A stretch of DNA of 63,956 bases, filler included, from Octopus bimaculoides (Eukaryota): assembly GCF_001194135.2 (NCBI RefSeq). It is 4 parts of 4 records of this genome, joined end to end, with 100 filler letters (N's around TTAATTAATTAA, not from the genome) between each part and the next. Parts side by side here need not be neighbours in the genome. Positions count along the whole stretch, not along the records: positions 1 to 19,088 come from NC_068982.1; positions 19,189 to 39,309 come from NC_068988.1; 2 more parts are not named here. One strand, written 5' to 3'. A program made the position numbers and the translations under genes. Of this stretch, positions 11,224-22,415 are shown one piece after another; within the stretch, counting starts at the first letter, position 1; each line of letters starts with the position of its first letter. Under the pieces are notes generated by a model. That model was not told the DNA's origin, made no database searches, and saw only the letters and a program-made list of their open reading frames with translations.

Positions 11224-13743
11224 ACGCTTAATTTCAAGGAGAAATGACAGCTACTTCTAGCAAATTGAGCGACTATGCAGATTTTTCATTGTTGGCTCAA
11301 GGGACCACAGATATTCAACTTATGTAAAACTGCATTCCAAATTCATGTTTTGCCTTCAGAGGTAGATACTTCAGCATAATGATAAACAAACACATATAGA
11401 ACAAGGCACACTCTGTGCACGCACACATTTCGGATAAGTATTCACTCAGGAAGTGCAACGTTTGACCCTGTAGCCTGCCTTATCTTTCTACGTCGCAAGA
11501 TAGACCAACTTTCCTTCTCGGTTCTGGCCCAATCTTGAACTACCTCGTAGCTCATATCTTAAATAAACAGGCGCATTAACTTCCTCCAGTTATACATACA
11601 ATCCTTATTTTTAAAGAGATTTTAGATATAGCAATCTGATTCACCTATGTGTAAGAATGATTTTATTTAATCATTTATTACTGTTATGATGTTTTTTTTT
11701 CCTTAAGATATTGTGTAATGAAAAGCAATCAAATGTGCCTAGACAATTGAGCAAAGCTGTTAACAGTACAAGGGAGGTAACTATTCATTAGAAGGGAGAT
11801 AAGTACATTTTTTTTTTGTTGAAATCGTACCGTAAACAATTTTAAATTATTAATAAAGAAATATTTCTAAAATCTGGACTCGACAGAAATTTATTCTTGC
11901 TCTATATAACTGGTGAACTATGTCACTAATAATAACAACGAAGATTTTTTTTCATTGGAGACAAAGCAAATTTATTGTATGATGCCGGAGAGATCAAAAG
12001 AACTAGTTGACTACGGATTGATTGTGCTAACAGAAATGATTCCATAGTGAACTTACTTTAGTTCTTACATTACTAAGTGTACTCTGTATGTATTAATGTG
12101 CTGATTTTAAATCCGGGTCGAACGAGATACCTTGTGGTATTGAATTTGGTTCTGAGTTCTCGATGATAGACTTAATTTAATGTTCGGTTTAACATCCCGC
12201 ATCGATGCAATATTATTATCTTTTATATTTGAAATATTTAATAAAATGCAAAATGTTTATGAATTTAGGATGCAATAAGCCAAGAAGGACTACAAAACAA
12301 CATTTACTGCAATAAAAAAACCGAAGAATATTTCCCAAAGAAATAACATCACATGTTAGGTTGGAATACATTTAAAAGAAAAAAAAAAAAAGGGTCACAA
12401 AAGGTTATTGATCCGTCGAATTTCGAACTGGATCATGATTGTAAAAAAAGTTGTGAACCGCTCGACGAGGCGGATTCATTGGTGACAAGGTATGAATCAA
12501 CAATTGCTCAGCTGCGCGATTTATGTATTCATTGACACGACCACATCGTGTTCTTCTGCAATAAAGAAAAAAAATTCTTTACTCTTCCAAACAATCTAAA
12601 CACAACGCCACCTGAAAACATTCTAAACAACTCAGTTTGGTGGCTCGTGTATAGGCACTGTGGAACTGCAGCACCCACTATTTCCCCTCGTTGTTATCGA
12701 TAACATTCAATATAATGAGTCCTTTTTACTTTAATTCTTTCTTTATATTTGTATATTATATAATCTTTAAGCATAATGGCAGTAGCCATCCCCTAGTTTG
12801 TGAAAAAAAACCCTAAAAATCCTTGTATAGAACTGTGCGCATTACAGTTCAAACGACGCGGTGTTTGGCTGTTGTGCGCAAGCTCACATGTGCGAAATAG
12901 GAAGCTGCACGCTAGGGAGAGAGAGCACTATCGTTCACGCAGTGCCGATCCTGGTGTGCTGGTGAAAAGTAGTGTTTCTTTTTGATTCTGCATGTGTTAT
13001 GCTTAAAAACGTGTTTATATTCTTGAATGTGATAAAATGTAGAATTAGATTATTATCCTGTTTCCAGCTACAGTGTTGCTGCCAGGATTTGAAAAATAAG
13101 GCAGATTTTACCCTCCTTATTTTGTGACTTGGCGGGGAGGATTTTCGGGAAAAAAAGGGGGAATTCGTGGCGCTGTTCAGTGAGCAAATTGAACACATTA
13201 CCCGGCAGTGGCTAAAACGCGAACCGATCAAGTTTATGTATAATTTTTTTTTATATGTTTGTTTTCTTTTACACAATATTAAAACAACGGAAGCTTGGGT
13301 AGAAAATATCAACTCGAAAAATATTCTGAAATTGAAGTTTAAAAATACTAAAATTAGATGGTGGATTGGCAGAAGATAACGTTAGCAAAATATTCGGAGT
13401 ATTTACACAGTCGAGGTCAACTTAGACTTCCATTCTTTTACAAGTGGAAGAATAGAATGTAGCTGGTCGATATAATATTCCTGTAATGCACTTTAAATGT
13501 GAATGGAATTATAATAGAAGATAAAAGTTGATATTTTGAAATCGAGAACAATTTATTACGGAAATTCAATTTCTAATGAGTGAGCAATAATAATAACTGA
13601 TGATTTCTGACAGATAAATAAGATAGCTCAGATTTAGTGTCTAGAGGAAGTGGAAAGTTACAATGTCCATGCACATTTTTTTTGTCTTGGAAGAAAATCG
13701 AAAGTAAAACATGACTTCAGTTTTCTGCACTGATACTACGGCT

Positions 13744-14338
13744 ATTGGGAAGTGACTGCAGATTTACCTGGGGGCCAGGGATTCTTTCCCATCCCAGTTA
13801 CAGAAAAACCGAACATTTTAATGTGGTGTGAAAGAAGGAAAGTTGTAAATCTTAACGGTCCTTCATGAAGATAATATGGACGCTGCGCGGGCTCGAAAGA
13901 TTGACCGTTATGTAAACCTCCTCGAGAAATGTGAAGATGCAGGCTGGAAAGCGGAGCATTTTCCAATCGAAGTTGGATGTAGAGGGTTTGTTTGACACTG
14001 TGAGACAACTGCTGTTATCGTTAGGCCTAACTCATCGTAAGGTAAATTACCACCATGAGTGATATCCAAACTATAGTGGAGAAGGATAGCCACTGGATTT
14101 GGTTAAAAAGAGACGATGAGCGATGGCTAGAGAAATATTGAGCTTTGTTTTAATAATCAGTTGATCTAGCAAGCGGGGCCTCATATCAGTGAAGGGGGCC
14201 GGTGCGCATTGATGCCGTCGAGAGGTAGGCCCCGAAACGGCGTGCATTCTCTCCTGATGACCCCATACACTTGCTGGTTTCCGGTATGCGGAGTTCTCGA
14301 CTGGTAGCACTTGCATGTTCGAGTTGTTTGCAATATAT
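13744..14338 (+). mobile_element. 5'-truncated HERO-like non-LTR retrotransposon (restriction-like endonuclease domain plus 3'UTR)
   Basis: Frameshifted translation WEVTADLPGG..TEKPNILMWCERRKVV / TVLHEDNMDAARARKIDRY..LEKCEDAGWKAEHFPIEVGCRGF / SHWIWLKRD matches the HERO RLE pattern (RPD.V.WS....V.L.ELTVP.E.N...A.ERK..KY......GW....FPIEVGCRGF). Flanked by a 34-bp direct repeat. Confidence 0.8.
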
Positions 14339-15819
14339 CATGACTTCAGTTTTCTGCATTGATACTACAGCTTCGATATCCGAATAATGGAATTGCACAC
14401 AGTGGCTCAATCTGCCAGAAACGCCAGCCAAATTTCCAAGCCACATTCTCTATTTCATAAAAGAAAGGACACGATCAATTTAATCCTGGATATACAAAAA
14501 AGCGAGATTGTCCTGATACAAACGCCTTTGATCATAGATTTGTGTAATCAACGCTGAGTTGAGGCCAAATAATAAACTTCAGCATATAGTTTTGAGATAC
14601 CTATGACGCTTCAGATCTGCTGGGAACAAAAGGAATTCGTGGCTTTTGTACTATTCCCACAGATATCAATAAAATACATTAAAACCACAACTAAACGCAA
14701 TTTATGAGTTTGTCAAGGGAAATAAATCTGTAAAGATTTAACTCAGTTACTTCCCTTTAATTTACTTCTTGCAAGCGTTTGATTTATCTGCGAGAAATAG
14801 CAGCCAAACTTTCCTTAAATCAATTCATATTGCATAAATGTAACCCCATATTCATTATGATTGAAACTAAAAGATGAAAAAAAAAATCTGGGTGGTTGTG
14901 GTTTGAATGCCTTTGATCATAGTTTCTACTCGATTAGAACTGCTTTTATCAATGGGTGGTGTGGATTATACAGGACGATAACTTTATATACGTGTGTTAG
15001 CTGTAGTCGAACATGTTACATTTAAGGAAGGGGACTAGTAATTTGGGTACTGCACAGGGTGGGTAGAACCCATGCAAAGCTACTAAACTTGGTGAGCCTC
15101 GTGTCAGTAACAGCAACAACTTCATACTACTATAAAGAGACTCTACGCGGTCGCTCGACTCACTTGAATTCATTGACAAATATTTTTCTAATCCAAGAAA
15201 GGAATATTGGATAATGATAATAATGATAATAAATAAATAAATGAATAAATAAATAAATAAAAATGGTCAGGATAATCATGTATTTGGTCGATTACAACTG
15301 ATATGAATTAGACAAAAATAATTGTAATGATACAGTAGCGGGAGACTATATCATTACAAATAATGTATCATTACTACTGTATCATTACAGATAATTGTAA
15401 TGATACAGTAGAGGGAGATTACAGTAGAGGTTCATATCGGTATGTATTCAGTCCCGCTGTGAATTCAGGCCCGAAAAGGCTTTTTCGGCTGCATAGGCTG
15501 ATGATCGAACCGACTGGTTTCATAGGTATTTGGTAAATTCTTCAGGATTCACAAGGGAGATAGTGGCAGTAGCTAAGACCAGCTCTAGGTGGTTGTGGTT
15601 GACAAAAGACTATAGATGGAATCCTTCTGTAGAGGAAGGCTAATTCAGTCCTCGCTGCAGCATTTAGGCGAAGCCTACAGGCTAAGGATTGAAACATTTG
15701 TGACTCTGATACATAGTGAAGATACAGTAAAGCTCTAAACAATGTGATTATCATTATCAAAAGTAAAGCTTGCAACATCGAGGGAACCTTTTGACGACAA
15801 CCGACCACACTATGATCAA

Positions 15820-17190
15820 TGTCAATCCGAATTTTATCCGCAGAAAGAAAATTCACTATCATACCCGGGCTGCTCGCTTTGAAAGGAACTCCTACTGTCT
15901 TGAGTCACATCACCCAAACTGGCTTGCATTTCATGATTCTGGAGATGTCGCTAATATCCTTCAATATATCTTTAATTCAATCTGGTCGCATGCGAAATAC
16001 TTCATCTGTCAATTTCCGCCCCGTCAGTCTCACCAGTTGTATCAACAAACTGATGAAGTCCTATGCCAGAGAGAGGCATTCTGGAACTTCTAAAATCCTC
16101 ATAACCTTATTCGACCCTTACAGTTTGGATTTATCCATTACTTCATCTGCTGTAGCGAACTTATCGAATTTCTTAAAGACATCACCGAAATCATATATGG
16201 CGGTTCATGGTTGAATGTTTTCTATCTCGACTTCATTAAAGTATTTAATTCTACGCCACACAAACGACTTATGGCGCTTGTGTGGCACAAAATCCAAAAA
16301 TTAGTCTACTCATTCTACAACACAAACCTTAAGAAGTCTGCTTGTGAACATGGCCAAGGTATTGTCAGAAATGATCTACGTAGGACACACTACATTTCTA
16401 AAATCGTCCAAAGAAGTCGAAGGTGTTTTAGTATCTCTCAGACCTTTGTCAGCTGCTTTCTAGCAATCAGTTTAAAGCTAAATATGGCTTTGGTAAATCT
16501 ATTCTTACAGTTTGCATCTGAAGCCTGAAATCCCTCAAATACCCACTATATCTTGATCATATTGCTTCTGATAGCATCGACACATTAAAACTTCGACGTT
16601 TAGCACGTTTGGACAACAACCTTGGCCACTTTCTTTTTTAATTCAATACCTTCACCAATCGTGGAGGCGCAATGGCCTAGTGGTTAGGGCAGCGGACTCG
16701 CGGTCATAGGATTGCGGTTTCGATTCCCAGACCGGACGTTGTGAGTGTTTATTGAGCGAAAACACCTAAAGCTCCACGAGGCTCCGGCAGGGGATGGTGG
16801 CGAACCCTACTGTACTCTTTCACCACAACTTTCTCTCGCTCTTACTGTTTCTGTTGTGCCTGTAATTCAAAGGGTCAGCCTTGTCACACTGAGTCACGCT
16901 GAATATCCCCGAGAACTACGTTAAGGGTACACGTGTCTGTGGAGTGCTCAGCCACTTGCACGTTAATTTCACGAGCAGGCTGTTCCGTTGATCGGATCAA
17001 CTGGAACCCTCGACGTCGTAAGCGACGGAGTGCCAACAACAACCTTCACCACTCGTGGATCTGCTCACAAAGTGAAAATAAACAAACAAATAACGCAGCA
17101 TCAATGACTTTCACGCTCAGAATTGTCAAAGCAAGGAATAAACCAGCTGCATCGTAATTAGTTGTCAGGATACTGCATCCTGACATTCAC
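15820..17190 (+). mobile_element. CR1/L2-like LINE RT remnant interrupted by a SINE
   Basis: NFRPVSLTSCINKLM, NVFYLDFIKVFNSTPHKRL, TLKLRRL and C-terminal FTLRIVKARNKP (consensus FT.RIV..WN.LP). Confidence 0.78.
16661..17043 (+). mobile_element. tRNA-derived SINE, family A, copy 2
   Basis: A-box TGGCCTAGTGG, B-box GGTTTCGATTCC, (AAC)3 tail. ~18-bp TSD ACCTTCACCA(A/C)TCGTGGA at 16648-16665 and 17042-17059, overlapping the element's GTGGA start. Confidence 0.93.
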
Positions 17191-17391
17191 CAACGCTACT
17201 CCCGATGTGCCTATGCACCATTTCCTCTTTATGGTATTTGTTCGCTTTACTATCGTTTTATGATTTATTTCGTATACTGTGTATGCACTTCTAGCTCTCA
17301 TTACTATCTTTCTTTTCTGGACTAATACGGTTGCTTTCTGCCTCCTCTTCTAACCTTTTCCAGCGAATTGTAGCACAACTAAGCATACTAT

Positions 17392-17590
17392 GTTGTTGGC
17401 ACTCCGTCGCTTACGACGTCGAGGGTTCCAGTTGATCCGATCAACGGAACAGCCTGCTCGTGAAATTAACGTGCAAGTGGCTGAGCACTCCACAGACACG
17501 TGTACCCTTAACGTAGTTCTCGGGGATAGTCAGCGTGACACAGTGTGACAAGGCTGGTCCTTTGAATTACAGGCACAACAGAAACAGGAA

Positions 17591-17625
<35 letters not shown>

Positions 17626-17793
17626 TTGTGGTGAATGAGTACAGCAGGGTTCGCCACCATCCCCTGCCGGAGCCTCGTGGAGCTTTAGGTGTTTTCGCTC
17701 AATAAACACTCACAACGACCGGTCTGGGAATCGAAACCGCGATCCTATGACCGCGAGTCCGCTGCCCTAACCACTGGGCCATTGCGCCTCCAC
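17392..17793 (-). mobile_element. tRNA-derived SINE, family A, copy 3 (internal GA expansion)
   Basis: Reverse complement of copy 2. 11-bp TSD AAGCATACTAT at 17381-17391 and 17794-17804. (GA)n is expanded at ~17594-17622. Confidence 0.93.
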
Positions 17794-17869
17794 AAGCATA
17801 CTATACAATAAGCTAATTATCATATGGCAGGATTATCAACACTCCTGACAAAATACCTAACAGCGTTCC

Positions 17870-18035
17870 GTCTCTCTTGACGTTCTGAATTCAAATTCTG
17901 CCGAGGTCGGCTTTACCTTTCATTCTTTTTGAGGTCGATGAAATAAGTATCAGTTGAGAACTAGAGTTCATGTAATCGATTAGCCTCCACCTGCAAAATT
18001 TCAGGCCTTGTGTCTATAATAGAATGAAGTCTATT
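17870..18035 (+). mobile_element. SINE family C fragment (TTCAAATTC.GCCGAGGTCGACTTTGCCTTTCATCCTTTCGGGGTCGAT-type body)
   Basis: Homologous to 45781-46005, 18420-18628 and 55833-56195. Confidence 0.7.
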
Positions 18036-18038
18036 TAT

Positions 18039-18050
18039 CACCATCATCAC

Positions 18051-18114
<64 letters not shown>

Positions 18115-18149
18115 GTCATCATCGTCAACGTCGACGTCGTCGTCGTCAT
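18039..18149. repeat. (CAT)n microsatellite
   Basis: Seen directly. Confidence 0.95.
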
Positions 18150-18419
18150 CTTTAAGTAGCTCTTGCAATTTCAACTTGGAGCAAAACATCTCTTGATATT
18201 TTATTTCCACTATAAATTATTTAATGTGAATCTAGAAGCGAACACAGCTGTAAATAATAGCTTGTAATGTATTGGGTTAAGACCCCCTTGGAAGGAAGAA
18301 ACACAAAACGCTACCACCAGGACACAAACTACGCATCTTTTGCAACCCAATCAAGACAGATATACAACTATTTGCACGAAATTAATTTTCGACCACTTTT
18401 AATTATAGTTTAAATATAT

Positions 18420-18628
18420 TGGTTTCAAATTTTGGCACAAGGCCAGCAATTTTGAGGGGTGGGTAAAGTCAATTACATCGACCCTGCTCAGCTGGTTCTT
18501 ATTTTATCGACTCCAAGAGAATGAAAGGTAAAGTAGAGCTCGGCGGAATTTGAGTATAAAGATGGACAAAATGCCGCTAAGCATTTTGTCTGGCATGCTA
18601 ACGATTCTGCCAGCTAGCCGCCTTAAAA
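18420..18628 (-). mobile_element. SINE family C copy
   Basis: Reverse-complement homology to 45781-46005. Confidence 0.72.
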
Positions 18629-18719
18629 TGCGTGCGCGCACACACACTCACCTATACACACAGAAGCACAATTAAAGGCTACAGACCTCATTCAGGTTAA
18701 TTACCTATATAAAGAGTAC

Positions 18720-18897
18720 ATTATTTACATTATTTACATTTGAAGGATATTTGCCCCCATCTTGTTTGTTATTAACACAACGTTTCGGCTGATATACCCT
18801 CCAGCCTTCATCAGGTGTCTTGGGGAAATTTCGAATCTGGTTCTCATTCCTAAGGTATTTTTCGATGTTGCTATTATTATTATTATTATTATTATTA
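18720..18897 (-). mobile_element. Hammerhead-containing repeat (family H), headless copy
   Basis: Near-identical to 54770-54945 and to the reverse complement of 55020-55148. Confidence 0.88.
18774..18819 (-). ncRNA. Minimal type I hammerhead ribozyme motif, intact core
   Basis: Minus strand: GACAC-CUGAUGA-A-GGCUG(GAGGGUAUAU)CAGCC-GAA-AC/GU-U^-GUGUU. Stem I GACAC/GUGUU, 5-bp stem II, palindromic ACGU stem III. Confidence 0.75.
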
Positions 18898-19088
18898 ATA
18901 TAGAAAGGATTGAGGTAACTCCTCCTGAAGATATAGAGTCAAAATTAAAAGAAGAGTGCCATTTGCTATCTTGTGAACAATATTTCGACATCTCGCGTGT
19001 CTTCCACTGGTTCAAAAAATAAATTTGTCAATCTACTTCATTTTGGTTAATATAGAAAGGTTTGAGGTAACTCCTCCTGAAGATATAG

Positions 19089-19188
19089 NNNNNNNNNNNN
19101 NNNNNNNNNNNNNNNNNNNNNNNNNNNNNNNNTTAATTAATTAANNNNNNNNNNNNNNNNNNNNNNNNNNNNNNNNNNNNNNNNNNNN
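19089..19188. other. Assembly gap marker (44 N + TTAATTAATTAA + 44 N); also at 39310-39409 and 62008-62107
   Basis: Three identical 100-bp constructs with a palindromic six-frame-stop linker. Confidence 0.95.
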
Positions 19189-19570
19189 GAAAACAGTTTT
19201 TTGTTTTGCTCGTGTTTTGTGGCTATTTGTATTAGTTTCCCTTGCTTCTGGAGTAGGTATTTTTGCAGTCCTATGGTGGTTATTTTATAATAGTTTTCTA
19301 GCTGTATAAGACCCCTGCCACCTTCTGTGCGTTGTATATATAGCCTTTCTATGTCAGATTTTGGGTGGTGCATCCTATATCCTGTCATTATTTTTCTTGT
19401 TTTCCTGTCTATTTTACATAGTTCGTTTAGTGTCCAGTTAAGGATGTTGTAGCTGTAGCTTATAACTGGGACAGCTAAAGTGTTGATAACCATCATCTTG
19501 TTTTTAGCATTGAGCTCTGTTTTTAGTATTGATCTATCTCCTCTATAGTATTCTTTCTTTATTTTCTCTT
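19189..19570 (-). mobile_element. R4/Dong-like non-LTR retrotransposon fragment (family A; thumb region)
   Basis: KKEYY..ILKTELNAKNKMMVINTLAVPVISYSY.ILNWT..KIDRKTRK..HHPKSDIERLYIQRTEGGRGL. Homologous to 49325-50550. Confidence 0.82.
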
Positions 19571-19574
19571 TCAT

Positions 19575-19971
19575 TTGTGTATGTTGTATCCTACCTAGAA
19601 GAGTGCTGTACAGACCATCAAAGTGACACTGGGATACAATATACGAAGCCCAGTATACTCATCATCACTACCCGTCTAATAACGGTACACCAGGCACATT
19701 CATCAGAAGCATGGTGATCTCATATCAAGATTAACAACGCTTGACCTTGCATGTGGGGCCCAGAGAGAATTTTCTTCAGGTCGAGTATCCCATCCCGCTC
19801 AAAAAGTCCCTGGATAAGGGTTGATTAAGAATGTTGAAGGAAATATTTCCAGGGGTCAATTATTCAAAATCATAAAGGATTCGTCTCAACACATGAGTAT
19901 GATACCCCGCCGCAACTACTTCTGCTCGTGATCAGAGATGCACATATCGTCAGGCACTAAGAGACGTGCTC

Positions 19972-19972
<1 letters not shown>
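19575..19972. repeat. Interspersed repeat, unclassified (family X)
   Basis: 19880-19972 is the reverse complement of ~51195-51290 (GATATGTGCATCTCTGATCACGAGCAGAAGTAGT core). Confidence 0.6.
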
Positions 19973-20019
<47 letters not shown>

Positions 20020-20020
20020 C

Positions 20021-20555
20021 TTATGTTTGACTTTTGCTTTGCATTTGTACAAGTTGGATGCAGGTCTCACCCAGAGACCTCAAGAGACAACAAGTTAGAA
20101 GTTCATGTAGGTGTTATGTCTAGGGTACCATATATTTAGATTTGTACAGTTTTGTTCTAGTGAATGTTTAAGAAACCATAAAAAAATTGTTTGTTTTAAA
20201 ATTTGAGATCACATAGACAGTAGTAGGATATGGGCAGTTCCCATGAGCACTATCATTTGAACTTCAGCCATTTGGGGGTTTCCTGGTATCTGAGCTAGGT
20301 AGTAATCAGCCCGTTTCGCTGTCATTCCCAGGGCACCTACGACAATAGGTATTGATTTCGTTTTCAGATTCCACATTTTGCTAATCTCTATTTCAAGATC
20401 TTTATATTTGCTCAGTTTTTAGTAGGTCTTGACAGATACGTTTATATCGATTGGGACAGTCATATCAATGAGGCATGATTTTTGTCTGAAGTCTTTCAGT
20501 ATGATTTCTGGCCTATTTGCATCTATCTTTCTGTCAGTTTGTTGAGTTCAAAATA
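20021..20555 (-). mobile_element. R4/Dong-like 3' end (family B; RLE plus 3'UTR) ending in (TAA)n
   Basis: NRPEIILKDFRQKSCLIDMTVPIDINVSVK..KLSKYKDLEIEISKMWNLKTKSIPIVVGALGM..LMGTAHIL. Homologous to 50641-50947. (TTA)n at 19973-20019. Confidence 0.85.
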
Positions 20556-20689
20556 AGAAGTTATAAAAATTCAAAACTATAGTAATTTAAATTTAAAGCA
20601 GCCAGCGTCCACATGTTGATGGAATGACATGATTAGTCTTAAAGTTTCAATTTTATTACAAGCGAAAATAAAAAGACAAAAACGACAGT

Positions 20690-22030
20690 TAAAATGAGGA
20701 AAGAGGAAAGAAATGAAAGAAAAAATATGGACAAAAGTGACTATATTTCGGCTTGTGAAGAAGTTTTAAATGACGAATGTTCGTATGAAGAATTACCTGT
20801 CGATCCAAACGCCAATTGCAGAGAGGAACTTGACAAAATAATTTTGGAAGTGGAGGAAAACCATTTCATTAATAAGGCCGAATCCAGGATTTTACGGTCA
20901 GAAAGAAGAACACCTTTATTTTATGTTCTTTCTAAAATACACAAGTTCGAAAGATTTCCTCCAGTGCATCCAATTTCCAGCGGATATGAATGTTGTACAG
21001 CCAAGATTTCGGAATGGCTTTCTACTCCCTGTCGCAAAAAGATCAAGTTCCTATAGTTGAGATACTTTTGATTTTGTGTCTAAAACCAAGAACTTTTTTA
21101 AGCACCGACGCCATGTCGGGAACTGTTTTTTGATAACCATGGGTGCTTCTTCCTTAATCCCAATATTGACCACGATGAAGAGGGGTAGAAGCATGCATGG
21201 ATGCCTTGCAAATGCGGTCAAACAAAAGTATTCTATCAAATTTTCTTTGTAGATTATTGAAGTTTGTGTTACAAAGTAACACAATGAAGTTTAGACAAAG
21301 ATTTTACCACCAGACGAAGTGTTGCGCCATGGGTACCCCAAAGGCATTTAATTTCTCTAATGTTTTCATGACGAAATTCGGGACATAGTTACTGGAAATA
21401 TTCAAATCCTTTCATGGTCATGAACCAATACTCTGATTACGGTTCGGGAAGGATCACAGGATAATTTAATGTTCTTCTTGCATTTCTGTGACTGTTATGC
21501 TAAAAACTAGGGCTTTAAGTCCAACATAAAATTTACGTCTAGTTTTTCAAAAACTAGCGTTGAATTTTTGGACACAAAAGTCAAGTTTTCTGGGGGCAGT
21601 ATAGTGACAGAGTTATTTTGCAAGCCCGTGTCATCCCACATTTATCTCCATCGCCGCTCTGATCATCCACATTATATTATTCAGTCAAATCCGAAATCCC
21701 AATTTCTGAGGATAAAACGGGTTGGTACTGATATAGGAAATTATTGGAAACATGCAAATGTTTTTGTACATCATTATGTCAAACGCGGTTACAGTGGATT
21801 ACGATTAATGGAAATAGCAAACGAAATAATTACGATTAGCAAAGATAGTCAACTCTTCACGCATAATTTTAGCAAATACAATACAATAGATGATAGAATT
21901 CCTTTAATGATTGACTGGCACCGAAATTTCGCTTCCATTTCAAAAGTGTTGCATGAAAGTTACCAGCATGTGCCGAAAAAATGTCCTCGTTACAAACAGA
22001 TATTTCATCAGCCGGAGGAATGAATAAAAT
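20690..22030 (+). mobile_element. Penelope-like element reverse transcriptase pseudogene
   Basis: MDKSDY...PLFYVLSKIHK..PVHPISSG...TAKISEW; QTKCCAMGTP; FLDT..TELFCKPVSSHIYLH..SDHP....SNPKSQFLRIKR. These are PLE RT and thumb motifs with stops and frameshifts. Confidence 0.85.
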
Positions 22031-22359
22031 GACAGGAGAATATCAAATTTACACAAAATTGTTTGATCAAATATTCTGCTTTTTTCCTTTCCTTTACTCT
22101 TCCCTCTTTTTTATTGTCTCTTTTCTATCTTTTTCGTTTCGCCTGTTATAAAATCGAAACTTAAAGACTGATAATGTAATTCCATCAACGTATGGATGCG
22201 GGTTGCTCTCGTTCATAATTCTGAATTATTATCACTTCTTATTTTGAACTCGACAAAGACAGACTTTCCCTCGAAATATCGTTCAACCAATAAGATATCT
22301 ATTACAATTGAATCGCGCTCTTCGTCTTCACTTATTATTATTATTATTATTATTATTAT

Positions 22360-22394
<35 letters not shown>

Positions 22395-22415
<21 letters not shown>

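Noticed and set aside
14195-14270. GAAAC and CTGATGA motifs in the HERO 3'UTR
   Set aside because: No consistent helix II/III pairing, and the candidate cleavage triplet would end in G; not a supportable hammerhead.
19133-19144. Palindrome TTAATTAATTAA repeated three times in the window
   Set aside because: Always centred in an exact 44N-12-44N block, so it is an assembly linker rather than biology.
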